DNA from: an uncultured delta proteobacterium
Lineage (GTDB): Bacteria; Myxococcota_A; Polyangia; Polyangiales; Polyangiaceae
DNA length: 64,000 bases
Assembly: GCA_963806225.1 (NCBI GenBank)
Contig: CAWDXG010000001.1
Coordinates: 1,280,001 to 1,344,000 of the forward strand
Reading direction: 5' to 3'
Positions 40,381 through 50,868 of this stretch are shown here, piece by piece (the stretch's first letter is position 1; every line of letters starts with the position of its first letter). The notes under the pieces were generated by a model that saw nothing but the letters and a program-made list of their open reading frames with translations, did no database searches and had not been told where the DNA came from. Position numbers and translations under genes: made by a program.

Positions 40381-42144
40381 ATGCGTCGGGCGCTTTGGCT
40401 TGTTCTGGTGGCTTGGTTTGGAATCGCTGCCTGCAGCGTGAACACCGAGGCGACCGGTACCGGCACCTCGCCTGACGCGGGTGCCGCGGGCGGCACGGGT
40501 GGAACCGGCGGTACCGGCGGAGGGACGGGCGGCTCCAACTGCTTTCCCACCTCCGAGCAGAAGTTCTGCGGCGCCAGTTCCTGCCCGTCGAAGACCGACC
40601 CGGCATTCGGTTGCGGGCAGTCGTCCTGCGCTGCGTGCTCGGTGCCCAACGCCATCGCGGATTGCGCGTCCGATGGCACCTGCGGCCTGCAGAGCTGCAA
40701 CCCCGGGTTCAGCGACTGCGACGGCGACGCCGCCGACGGGTGCGAGGTCAACACCGGCGCCGACCCCAAGAACTGCGGTGCCTGTGGCAATGACTGCTTT
40801 GCCAAAGGCGCCACGACGAACTGGGTGTGCAACCAGGGCTCGTGCGAGGTGTCGAACTGCCCCACCGGGAAGGGCGACTGCAACAACGATTCGACGGACG
40901 GTTGCGAGACCGACCTGACCTCGGATCCGAACAACTGCGCCTACTGCACGGGCGACTGCTCCACCGTGCAGCACGCCACGCCCTCCTGTACGAACAGCAA
41001 GTGCGGCTACACCAAGTGCGACGCGGGGTGGGCCGACTGCGACGGCGACCCGACGAACGGCTGCGAACAGGACATCGCGAGCGATCCGAACCACTGCGGC
41101 GCCTGCGGCACCGTGTGCAGCAGTACGAACGGGACTCCGGGCTGCGTCGCCGGGCAGTGCACCATCACGTGCACCCCTGGATCCGGCTACGGTAACTGCA
41201 ACGGCCCAGCCAACGACGGTTGCGAAACGCCTCTCACCACAACGAGCAACTGCGGGGGTTGCAAGAACGTCTGTAGCACGAAGAATTCGAAGCCTACCTG
41301 CGACAGCGGGAGCTGCACGGTCCACTGCAATAGCGGGTTCGCGGACTGCAACGGCACGGGAAGCGACGGCTGTGAGGTCGACTTCTCCCGGGTGAAGACG
41401 TGCGGCGGCTGCGGCAATGACTGCACTTCAAAAGTCGCGCACGCGACGGCGACGTGCGACAAGGGCGCCTGCAGCTACTCCGGGGCCTGCGCGCCGGGCT
41501 GGGGCGACTGCAGCGGCGGCAAGGCCGACGGCTGCGAGACGCCGCTGAACACCACGAGTTACTGCGGCGCCTGCGGCACCAATTGCAACGGGGTGCAGCA
41601 TGCGACCGCGATCTGCTCGTCCGGAAGCTGCAGCTATTCCGGGAGCTGCGCGCCGGACTGGGGCGATTGCAACGGCGACAAGTCGGACGGCTGCGAGAAG
41701 AATGTCGCGGGCGACGTGAACAACTGCGGAAGCTGCGGCTACAAGTGCAGCGACTATGTGCAGCACGCAGGCAACGTCGGCTGCGACGGCAGCGGGGCAT
41801 GTACCTACACCGGGTCGTGCAGCAACAACTGGAAGGATTGCGACGGCAACAAGGCCAATGGCTGCGAGGTGGACCTGACCCAGCTGACGACCTGCGGCGC
41901 CTGCGGCAACGATTGCACGAAGAGCGTGCTGCACGTGTCCGCCAGCCAGATCAGCTGCGGGGCCGGCAACACCTGCACCTATTCAGGGAACTGCGACCAG
42001 GGCTGGGCCGACTGTGACGGCGACAAGTCCAACGGCTGCGAGGCGGACCTGCACAGCACCACCACCTGCGGCAACTGCAACACCCAGTGCCCCACCAACA
42101 AGGTCTGCAAGGACCAGGGTGGCTGGAGCTGTCACAACCCCTAG
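40381..42144 (+). CDS. Cys-rich repeat lipoprotein, paralog 2
   Basis: Lipobox IAAC; N-terminus CSVNTEATGTG...PDAGAAGG shared with paralog 1. Confidence 0.9.
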   Translation: MRRALWLVLVAWFGIAACSVNTEATGTGTSPDAGAAGGTGGTGGTGGGTGGSNCFPTSEQKFCGASSCPSKTDPAFGCGQSSCAACSVPNAIADCASDGTCGLQSCNPGFSDCDGDAADGCEVNTGADPKNCGACGNDCFAKGATTNWVCNQGSCEVSNCPTGKGDCNNDSTDGCETDLTSDPNNCAYCTGDCSTVQHATPSCTNSKCGYTKCDAGWADCDGDPTNGCEQDIASDPNHCGACGTVCSSTNGTPGCVAGQCTITCTPGSGYGNCNGPANDGCETPLTTTSNCGGCKNVCSTKNSKPTCDSGSCTVHCNSGFADCNGTGSDGCEVDFSRVKTCGGCGNDCTSKVAHATATCDKGACSYSGACAPGWGDCSGGKADGCETPLNTTSYCGACGTNCNGVQHATAICSSGSCSYSGSCAPDWGDCNGDKSDGCEKNVAGDVNNCGSCGYKCSDYVQHAGNVGCDGSGACTYTGSCSNNWKDCDGNKANGCEVDLTQLTTCGACGNDCTKSVLHVSASQISCGAGNTCTYSGNCDQGWADCDGDKSNGCEADLHSTTTCGNCNTQCPTNKVCKDQGGWSCHNP

Positions 42145-42731
42145 AGCGCGTCCTCGACGAAGTCGAGGCGGTCCTTGCCGAAATACAGCTCCCCGCCGAC
42201 GATGAACGTGGGCGCCCCGAACAGGCCCCGCTGCTGGGCCTCCGCCGTGGCGTCCTTGAGCGCCTGCTTGATCGCGGGATCCTGCGTGCGCCCGAGCAGC
42301 GCGGCGCCGTCGAGACCGAGCTGGCCCAGGATACTCCGCAGCACCTCGGCGTCGGAAATGTCGCGGTCGTCCACCCAGTAGGCGCGGTACGTCGCCTCCA
42401 CGAACGGTCGCACGTCGCGCTCGTCGGCCGAGAGCGCCAGGACGGTCCGCAGCGCGGCGACGGTATTCATGGGAAAGCGGGTAGGGAAGCGGAACGGGAT
42501 GCCATACTTCGCGCTCCAGCGCTGCATGTCCTCGAGGCTGTTCGCCGACTTGGCCGGGCTGGTCATGCCCGGGGTCATGTTCACGTCGAGCGCCTTGAAC
42601 AGCCCGCCCAGCAGGAACGGCTTGTAGACGATGTGCGCGGCGTGGCGCTCGGCGAGTGCCGGCAGCTGCATCGCGGCGAAGTAGGCGTTGGGGCTAGAGA
42701 AGTCGAAGAAGAACTCGATCGTTTTCGGCAT
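42141..42731 (-). CDS. 2-hydroxychromene-2-carboxylate isomerase / GST-kappa (DsbA-like) protein
   Basis: IEFFFDFSSPNAY, PFLLGGLFK, GLFGAPTF, FGKDRL. Confidence 0.9.
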   Translation of the reverse strand: MPKTIEFFFDFSSPNAYFAAMQLPALAERHAAHIVYKPFLLGGLFKALDVNMTPGMTSPAKSANSLEDMQRWSAKYGIPFRFPTRFPMNTVAALRTVLALSADERDVRPFVEATYRAYWVDDRDISDAEVLRSILGQLGLDGAALLGRTQDPAIKQALKDATAEAQQRGLFGAPTFIVGGELYFGKDRLDFVEDAL

Positions 42732-42771
42732 GAGGTCCTCGCTGGATACCTGGGCCCTAGTGGCTGCCGGC

Positions 42772-44939
42772 TCAACGCAAGGCTCGGCCGACGAGATCGC
42801 GCGCCCCGTCTACGATGTCTTCTTCGCCGACGAGCACCAGGTTGGCAGCTTCGCCCAGCGGGATGTAGCAGTCGGCCGACGTGACGCGGGCGAAGCGGGC
42901 CGGAGTCCCGGCGTCGAGCAGCGCCGCAGCCAGGGCCTCGGAGACGCTGCCGCTCCGGCGGCATTCGTCGACCACGAGCAGCCTGCCCGTCTGCTCGGCG
43001 TGCGAAAGCACGTCCTCGATCGGAAGCGGCGCTAGCCAGCGCAGGTCGAGGACCCGCGCCTGGATTCCGTGTTCGCGTTCGAGGCGCGCCGCGGCCCTGA
43101 GGCTCATCCAGACGCCATTGCCGTAGCTGGCGATCACGAGGTCCCGGCTGCTCTCGCGGTAGAGCCGTGCGCGACCGACGGCTGCGGCGCCAGCCGGCGC
43201 CGGCGCGGACCACGCCTGGTCTCCGCTCTCGTAGAGATCACGGCTGTGGTAGAGCGCGATCGGTTCGATCATGACCACCACGCGTCGCGCGTGTCGGGCC
43301 AGGGCGAGGCCGGTCCGGTACAGCCCCATCGCGTCGTCGCCGCGGGCCGGGACCCCGATCACGATGCCCGGGATGTCCCGCAGCACTGCCAGGGAATTGT
43401 CGTTGTGGAAGTGTCCGCCGAAGCCCTTCTGGTAGGCGAACCCTGCGATGCGCAAGAGCATCGGGTTGTCGTACGCGCCGTTCGAGAAAAACTGCATCGT
43501 CGCGGCTTCGCCGCGCAGCTGGTCCTCGGCGTTGTGCAGGTAGGCGAGGTACTGGATCTCGGGGATCGGCAGAAGGTCGAGCGTGGCAGTCCCGAGCGCG
43601 AGCCCGAGGATGGTCTGCTCGTCGAGCAGCGTGTTGAAGACGCGCGCCGGACCGGCGCGGGACATCAGGCCCTTTGTGACGCCGTAGACACCGCCTTTCT
43701 TCGCGACATCCTCGCCGAACACGATCGCTTCGGGATAACGGTCGAGGGCCTCGGCAAGGACCGAGTTGAGGCCCTGGGCCAGGGTGAGCGCTCCCGAAGG
43801 CAGCGAGCCGAGCGCCCGCGTGGCTTCTGTCTCCACACCCTCGTCCACGGGATGTGCCAGCGCCAGCTCCACCTGCGCCAGCGTTTCCAGCCGGGCCGAG
43901 CCCGCGGCGCGCGTCGCTTCGGCGGAGACGCGATCGGCGGCGTTGCGCTCCAGCGCGATCACCTCGGCCGAATCGAGCAGCCCCGCGTCGATGAGCTGCA
44001 TCGCGGCGCGCAGCACCGGGTCGCGGCCTTCCGCCTCTTCGAGCTCGTTCGGCGTGCGGTAGACTGCGTCCACGTCGCTGCCGGCGTGTCCGAGCAGCCG
44101 CACGCACTCCAGGTGCAGCACGGCCGGGCGCCGCGTCCGGCGGCAATGTTCCAGGGCTGCCTCGGCGGCGCGGAAGCTGCCACCGAGGTCCCAGCCCTGG
44201 GCGTGGAAGTAGTCGAGGTGCGGCAGGGCGCGTAGGCGCTCCTCTACCCAGCCGTGCGGCGTGCGCACACTGATGCCGAGTCCGTTGTCCTCGCACACGA
44301 AAAGCAGCGGCAGGGTCAGCCGCTGGTGCACGACCCAGCCGGCGGAATTGAGCGCGCCCTGGGCCGTGCTGTGGTTCAGGCTCGCGTCGCCGAAGCTGGC
44401 AGAGTGCGACGGCGTCCTTCGGCGCGGCAGGCTCGAGCCCGAGGCGCGGGCGGCGTTCCAGTGCGAACGCGAGCCCCACGGCCCGCGGCAGGTGCGAGGC
44501 GATGGTGCTGGTCGAGGGGATCATGCCCAGGTGCCGGCCGCCGAACACCTTGTGCCGACCTCCGCTCGTCGGCTCCTCGCTCGAAGCGACCAGCGACAGC
44601 GCGATGTCGCGCACGCTGTCGACACCCGGAACCTGTCGCGCGCGCTCGAGCTGCAGCGCCGCGCTGCGGTAGTGCACGATGGCCGGATCGCTCGGGCCGC
44701 GTGAGGCGGCCGAGCACCGCGTTCGCCTCGTGCCCGGTGCTGCAGATCGTGTAGTGGCCGTGGCCGGCCGCGCGCAGCTCGTGCGCCGCGCGGTCGAGGT
44801 GGCGCGCGAGCAGCATCGACTCCATGAGCTCGCGCGCCTCGCCGGCGCCGAACGGCAGCTCCGTCGGTGTGCCGGGCGCGTAGGCGGTGATCTGCTCGCG
44901 GAACCGGCCGATCAGGCGACGCATGCGCTCGAGCGACAT
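42772..44939 (-). CDS. Fused alpha/beta E1-type thiamine-diphosphate 2-oxoacid dehydrogenase (two frameshifts)
   Basis: [61 protein letters not shown]; indels near 44692 and 44398. Confidence 0.85.
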
Positions 44940-45045
44940 ACGGCGCAGTTACCAGCACTCGGCCCCGCTGTCACCACGTCCCGCAGGTCTCGGCAAAACG
45001 GGCGCGGAGGGCCGGCGTGACAGCCGCCGGCCCCCGGAAACCCGC

Positions 45046-46408
45046 TCAGGCCATCTGCGGCAGCGCGGACAGCGATTGCTCCAGCAGCGTGGTCGTCGTA
45101 GTCGCGATCCTCGAGCTTGCCGGCGAAGTAGTCCATGTAGGCCGTCATGTCGAAGTGGCCATGTCCGCACAGGTTGAACAGGATGACCTTGGACTTGCCT
45201 TCCTTCTTGCAGCGTAGCGCTTCGTCGATCGCGCCCTTGACCGCGTGGTTCGCTTCTGGTGCGGGCAGGATGCCCTCGGTCCGCGCGAACTCCACGCCGG
45301 CCTCGAAGCACTCGGTCTGATGGTAGGCCTTCGAGCGGATCAGCTTCAGCTCCTGCAGGTGGCTGATGATCGGTGCCATGCCGTGGTAGCGCAGGCCGCC
45401 GGCGTGGAACCCCGGCGGTACGAAGGCCGACCCGAGTGTGTGCATCTTCACCAACGGCGTGAGGTGCCCCGTGTCGCCGAAGTCGTAGGCGTACTTGCCG
45501 CGCGTGAGCGTCGGGCACGCCGTGGGCTCGCAGGCGATGATGTCGACCTTCTTGCCGCCGCGCAGCTGCTCGCCGAGGAACGGATGGACCAGCCCGGCAA
45601 AGTTGCTGCCGCCGCCCGTGCAGCCCACGAGCACGTCCGGGTAGTCGCCCGCCATCTCCATCTGCAGGAGAGCCTCTTCGCCGATGATCGTCTGGTGGAG
45701 CAACACGTGGTTGAGCACGCTGCCGAGTGCGTACTTCGTGTCGTCGTGTGTTGCCGCGATCTCCACCGCCTCGCTGATCGCGATGCCAAGGCTTCCGGTG
45801 GTGTCCGGATCCTTTTCCAGGATAGCGCGCCCAGCCTGGGTCTCGCGGCTGGGGCTCGCGACGCATTCGGCTCCGTACGCTTCCATCAGGGCCTTGCGGT
45901 ACGGCTTCTGTTGGAAGCTGACCTTGACCATGAACACCTTGATGTGAATGCCGAACAATGTGCCCGCAAAGGACAGGGCCGAGCCCCACTGGCCCGCTCC
46001 GGTTTCCGTCGAGATGCGCTTGATGCCCGCTTCCTTGTTGTAGAAAGCCTGCGGCACGGCGGTATTCGGCTTGTGGCTGCCCGAGGGGCTGACGCCCTCG
46101 TACTTGTAGTAGATGCGCGCGGGCGTATCGAGCGCCTGCTCCAGGCGACGCGCACGGTAGAGCGGGCTCGGCCGCCACTGGCGGTAGATGTCGCGGATCG
46201 GTTCCGGGATCTCGATGTGGCGCTCGGTGCTCACCTCCTGCTGGATGAGGGCCATCGGGAACAGCGGCGCCAGATCATCGGGACCTATCGGCTGGCCCGT
46301 GCCCGGGTGAAGCGGCGGCGGCAACGGCTCGGGCAGGTCCGCCGCGATGTTGTACCAGTTCTTCGGCATCCGGCTCTCTTCGAGCAGGTACTTCACGTTG
46401 TCTGACAT
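45046..46408 (-). CDS. trpB: TrpB2-type tryptophan synthase beta, stand-alone (frameshift near the 3' end)
   Basis: [49 protein letters not shown]; true end [14 protein letters not shown] at 45046. Confidence 0.93.
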
Positions 46409-46566
46409 GATGCTTCCCTTTCCGCGTTTCCCTCGCGCCCCCGCGCTCCCCAAAGACCCGACTCTGGAGGGTCCCGAGAGCGGAGTCCAGCATCGATGCA
46501 GCGCGTCATGACAATCGCCGGACGCGAGCGCTTGCCGCGACGCGAAAGGCGAGCGACTCTGTTGGG

Positions 46567-48357
46567 GTGACGGATCGGGCTGACGAAGCCGAGTCCGGAT
46601 CGGCTCTTGCCGAGCCTGGCGAGGAGCCCACGGTAGTCGAGGGGGCGGTGCTGTCTTCCCCGATGTCGGTGCGGGAGCCGCCTGAAGTCGAACCCAGCGA
46701 CAACAGCGGCACGCTGTCCGGCGGCGGACTCACCGGCACACGAACCGGCGGTACGAGCGTCGGTACCAGCATCATCACGACCGCGCCGTCCATCCTCCGG
46801 GCGGAAGAGCTCGGCCGCACCCGCGCGTTGATGCGACTGGTGGCGCTGGCCGCTGCGGCGGGTCTGGTCGCCATCTGGCTGCCCGAGCGCATCTCGCCCG
46901 GCCGCATGCTGGCTACGATTGTGGTCGGCGTTACCTTCGTCGTCACGTTGTGGCTGCTGGTCGAGTTTCGCGACCCGGAGCGCTACGATCGACGCAAGGT
47001 GCTGGTGCAGGGGCTGCTCTGCGCTGCCAGCATCCTGGCCGTCGCGTTCTATGTCGGCGTGTTCTCGCCCGCCGTCATGGCCCTGTGCGTGGGCATCTAC
47101 TTCTTCGGTCTCGGCGACTCGGCGACCGCCGGCTGGGCGGTCTTTCTGGCTTGCGCCATCGGCTACTTCGCGCTTGCAGCGCTTGCGATGGCGGGACTGA
47201 TCCACACCGACCAGTCCGTGCTCGCCTTGAAGCAGCCGGAGCTCGCCTCGATGGTCGCGACGACGGGCGTTGCCGAGGTGCTCCTGCTGGCGACGTTCTG
47301 GATGGCGCGCCAGAGCCGCCGGGCGACCCTGGGAGCTTTCGACCGGCTCGAGAAGGCGGCGCGACAGATCAAGAAGCGGGACGCGCTGCTCGACGAGGCG
47401 CGCGCGGACATCGAGCGTGCGGGCGCCGCCCTTCTCGGGCGGTACTCCGGACATCGCCTGGGCGGGTTCGAGGTGATCGAGATGATCGGCCGCGGCGCCA
47501 TGGGCGAGGTGTACCGGGCCAGGGAAATCGAGACCGACAATCTCGTCGCGCTCAAGTTCCTGCATCCCATGGTGCTCGAGGATCCCGCGCATCTGGCGCG
47601 CTTCCTCCGCGAGGCCGAGATCTCGAGCGCGCTGAAGTCGGAACACATCGTGCGCGTGTCCGGCACCGGCACGGCACCCGACGGAGCGCCGTACATGGTG
47701 ATGGAGCTCCTGCAGGGTAACGACCTGGCGTGGCACCTCAGGCAGAAGAAGCGTCTCGGTGTCTCGGCGACTCTCGAGCTCGTGCGCCAGGTGGCCGACG
47801 CCCTGACGGCTGCAGACGAAGCGGGGATCGTGCATCGGGATCTCAAGCCGCAGAACCTCTTCTACGCCGAGTTGACCAGCAGGCGCGTGTGGAAGGTGCT
47901 CGATTTTGGCGTCTCGAAGATAAACGACGTGGCGAGCACACTGACGCAGGGTGCCGCGGTCGGCACGCCGAGCTACATGTCGCCCGAACAGGCGCGCGGG
48001 CAGGAGGTCGACCATCGCGCCGACGTGTTCGCGCTCGGCGTCGTCGCGTATCGGGCGATGACAGGTCGACCGGCGTTCACCGCTCCGGATAGCGTGACCA
48101 CGCTCTACAACGTCGCCCACGTGCAGCCGGTGCGACCCGGCGAGCTGGTACGGGTCACCGACGACGTGGAGCGCGTGCTGGCCCTGGTGCTGGCCAAGGA
48201 GCGAGAGCGGCGGTTCTCGTCGGCGAGCATGTTCGCCCTGGCGCTGCGCGACGCTGCGCGCCAGCGGCTGGACGAACGGCTGAGGCGCGACGCCGACGCT
48301 CTCCTGGAAGAGCACCCGTGGGGCACCGACGACCTCGTGCTCCGGCGTTCGGCGTAG
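46567..48357 (+). CDS. Ser/Thr protein kinase with N-terminal multi-TM region
   Basis: About six TM segments, then [34 protein letters not shown]. Confidence 0.93.
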   Translation: MTDRADEAESGSALAEPGEEPTVVEGAVLSSPMSVREPPEVEPSDNSGTLSGGGLTGTRTGGTSVGTSIITTAPSILRAEELGRTRALMRLVALAAAAGLVAIWLPERISPGRMLATIVVGVTFVVTLWLLVEFRDPERYDRRKVLVQGLLCAASILAVAFYVGVFSPAVMALCVGIYFFGLGDSATAGWAVFLACAIGYFALAALAMAGLIHTDQSVLALKQPELASMVATTGVAEVLLLATFWMARQSRRATLGAFDRLEKAARQIKKRDALLDEARADIERAGAALLGRYSGHRLGGFEVIEMIGRGAMGEVYRAREIETDNLVALKFLHPMVLEDPAHLARFLREAEISSALKSEHIVRVSGTGTAPDGAPYMVMELLQGNDLAWHLRQKKRLGVSATLELVRQVADALTAADEAGIVHRDLKPQNLFYAELTSRRVWKVLDFGVSKINDVASTLTQGAAVGTPSYMSPEQARGQEVDHRADVFALGVVAYRAMTGRPAFTAPDSVTTLYNVAHVQPVRPGELVRVTDDVERVLALVLAKERERRFSSASMFALALRDAARQRLDERLRRDADALLEEHPWGTDDLVLRRSA

Positions 48358-48366
48358 CGGCGGCGG

Positions 48367-48714
48367 CTAGTGCTTGGCGACCAGCGTGACGCCAGCGACG
48401 ACCAGCGCCATGCCGAGCCACATGCGCGTGTTGATCACGTCGCCGAACACGAAACGGCTGGCGAGCGGCACCGCGACGTAGACCAGCGCGATGAAAGGCG
48501 CGGCCACCGCCAGCGGAGTCCGTTTGAGCACGACGAGCCAGGCGAGCACGCTGACCGCGTACGCGCAGAGCCCCGCCATGAACCAGGGGCTCGCGACGAG
48601 CGAGATGGGACGAGTGGGCTCGGCGCCGGTCAGGGCCGCCTTGCGCAGCAGGAGCTGCGCGCTCCCGTTCATCACCACCGTGACCAGCGCGAAGGCGACC
48701 GCCACCGCGTTCAC
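48367..48714 (-). CDS. SMR/EamA-type small membrane protein, ArnE/ArnF flippase-like
   Basis: 115 aa, four TM segments, AQLLLRK, PLAVAAP, FGD; GTG at 48714. Confidence 0.75.
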   Translation of the reverse strand: MNAVAVAFALVTVVMNGSAQLLLRKAALTGAEPTRPISLVASPWFMAGLCAYAVSVLAWLVVLKRTPLAVAAPFIALVYVAVPLASRFVFGDVINTRMWLGMALVVAGVTLVAKH

Positions 48715-49739
48715 GGAAGCAGCTCCAGCAACTTGAGCGCGCCGAGCTTGACGGCCGAGCGGTGGTGCGAGGCCTCGGTACGGGCCAGCACCTCGTCGCG
48801 GTGGGCCAGGTACCAGTCGTAGGATTCGGCGATCATCTCGGCGTTGGAATAACGCGGCTGCCAGTCGAGCTCGCGGCAGGTGTGACTCACGTCGAAGTAC
48901 ATCTCGCGGCCGTACATCAGCGAGTGGTAGTCGCCGAGCGGCGACAGCCGAAGCTTGCTGGTGAGCTTCATGGCGAGCTGCGTGGAGCGGAACGGTAGCG
49001 AGCGCACCGGGCTCCGGGTGCCGGCGTGCCGCACCAGCCCCTCGAGTAGCTCGCGCATGCTGCCGAAGCGGTCCGTGCCCACCAGATACGTTGCCGAGCC
49101 GCGGCGCTGGTCCGCCAGCAGACACGCCGCGGCAAGGTCGTCGGCGTGCACGAACTGGTAGCGGTTGTCGCCCTTCCCGAGCAGATACAGCGGGCGTCCG
49201 CGCCGCACCCACTCGAACAGGATCTGGAAGATCCCGAGCCGGCCGTGGCCGAGCACGGTGCGCGGTCGGATGATCGCGACGTCGAGGCCGCGTCGCACGA
49301 AGCGCCGGGTCAATCGCTCGCCGGCCAGCTTGGCCTTGCCGTACGCCTCGCGCGGCCTCGGGCGCATGCCGATCGTGACGGGATTGCGACGCGGCACGCC
49401 GTAGACGGCGCTGGACGACACGAGGATCACCTTGCGCACCTTCTCGCGCGCCGCCGCCTCGAGCACCCGCTTGGTGCCGCCGACGTTGACCGACCAGAAC
49501 TGCTGTCGGTCCTTGGCGAGCGGCACCTGCGCCACGTTGTGATGCACGACCTCCACGCCATCCATGACCTGGCGCACCGTGTCGCGGTCGCGCACATCGC
49601 CGCGGATGTACTCGACCTCCCGTGGTCGGTCGGGGTTGTCCACGAGGTCGAGCACCCTGACCTGGTCGCCGCGTTCGAGCAGCCGCTGGACGATGATCTC
49701 GCCCAGGTAGCCCGAACCGCCGGTGACGAGCGTGCGCAT
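48711..49739 (-). CDS. NAD-dependent epimerase/dehydratase
   Basis: VTGGSGYLG, SSSAVYG, YGKAK. Confidence 0.92.
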   Translation of the reverse strand: MRTLVTGGSGYLGEIIVQRLLERGDQVRVLDLVDNPDRPREVEYIRGDVRDRDTVRQVMDGVEVVHHNVAQVPLAKDRQQFWSVNVGGTKRVLEAAAREKVRKVILVSSSAVYGVPRRNPVTIGMRPRPREAYGKAKLAGERLTRRFVRRGLDVAIIRPRTVLGHGRLGIFQILFEWVRRGRPLYLLGKGDNRYQFVHADDLAAACLLADQRRGSATYLVGTDRFGSMRELLEGLVRHAGTRSPVRSLPFRSTQLAMKLTSKLRLSPLGDYHSLMYGREMYFDVSHTCRELDWQPRYSNAEMIAESYDWYLAHRDEVLARTEASHHRSAVKLGALKLLELLP

Positions 49740-49742
49740 CGG

Positions 49743-50762
49743 CTAGATGTCGACGCCCACCGACCGGCACCACTCGATCGAGCGGCGCATGCCCTCTTCC
49801 AGCTCGATTTCCGGCGAATAGCCCAGTTCCTGTTGCGCCTTCTCGATGGAGACCGCAATCGACGCGGCCAGCTCGCCGGCCACGTGCATGTCCTGCCAGT
49901 ACAGCCCCGCCATCTGCATCAGCGAGTCGGCGAAGCGCGCCACGTCGCAGCCCACGCGCGGCAGGTAGCGCGGACGGATGCTCACGCCGAGCAGGCGGCC
50001 CACTGTCTCGAGGATCTCGATGAAGGAATAGGGACGGCGGTCGGCGATCCAGTACGTCTGCCCCGCCGCGCGGTCGACATCACGCGCGAGCAGGAGACCC
50101 TGCACGGTGTTGTCCACGTAGCTCATGCTGCGCAGGTTGTCGCCTTTGCCGAACACGAGCGGGTGGCCGCCCTTGATCATCTTGAAGAAGCGCGTCTGGC
50201 GCAGCGGCTGGTTCGGTCCGTAGAACCAGCAAGGGCGCAGGATCACCGCTTCGATGCGTCCGGCGCGGTGCGCCTCCAGCACTGCCCACTCGCTCTGCAG
50301 CTTGCTCAGGCCGTAGTTCAGATACGGTCGCGGCGGGTCGTCCTCCACCATGAGTCGCGTGGGATCCACGTTGAGGCCCGCAGGCGAGTTCGAGCTCACG
50401 TAGATGAAGCGCTTCACTCCCGCGGCGATCGCCGCTGAAAGCAGATTCCGCGTGCCCTCGACGTTGATGCTGTAGAGCTCCTCGATGCGGCGCGGATGCA
50501 CGATGCCGGCGCAGTGGAACACCGTCTCGATGCCGTCGAAGACGCCGTGCGGAAGCCGCCGATCGCGTAGGTCGGAGAGCGCGACCTGGACGTCGCCGAG
50601 CTGTTCGAGATGCTGGGTATCGCTGCCCGGGAGCGCGAGGACGCGAACCGGTTCGGGCCGCTGATCCACCGGTCCGGTCTTCATGCCGCGGGCGAGAGCC
50701 TCGACGAGGCTGCTGCCGAGCCAGCCCGGGGCTCCAGTAACGAGTGCGCGAGTGCCTGTCAT
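49743..50762 (-). CDS. NAD-dependent epimerase/dehydratase
   Basis: VTGAPGWLG, SSNS, YGLSK. Confidence 0.92.
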   Translation of the reverse strand: MTGTRALVTGAPGWLGSSLVEALARGMKTGPVDQRPEPVRVLALPGSDTQHLEQLGDVQVALSDLRDRRLPHGVFDGIETVFHCAGIVHPRRIEELYSINVEGTRNLLSAAIAAGVKRFIYVSSNSPAGLNVDPTRLMVEDDPPRPYLNYGLSKLQSEWAVLEAHRAGRIEAVILRPCWFYGPNQPLRQTRFFKMIKGGHPLVFGKGDNLRSMSYVDNTVQGLLLARDVDRAAGQTYWIADRRPYSFIEILETVGRLLGVSIRPRYLPRVGCDVARFADSLMQMAGLYWQDMHVAGELAASIAVSIEKAQQELGYSPEIELEEGMRRSIEWCRSVGVDI

Positions 50763-50868
50763 TTTTCGAGCTATCCTGCCGCGGGTCTGAATAGCGTTCT
50801 CCAGGCGGCCGAACAAGGGGGGCGCGCGATCCAGGGGCCGCGGATCCGGCGGTTCGGGCTGACAACGG

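Noticed and set aside
31795..42144. CRISPR array or DGR among the repeats
   Set aside because: Repeats are in-frame protein modules without unique spacers; no cas or reverse transcriptase gene; differences are not adenine-specific
38020..46408. Cys-rich proteins as tryptophan synthase alpha partners of trpB2
   Set aside because: They have no TIM-barrel or TrpA motifs; such labels on these repeat proteins are annotation artefacts
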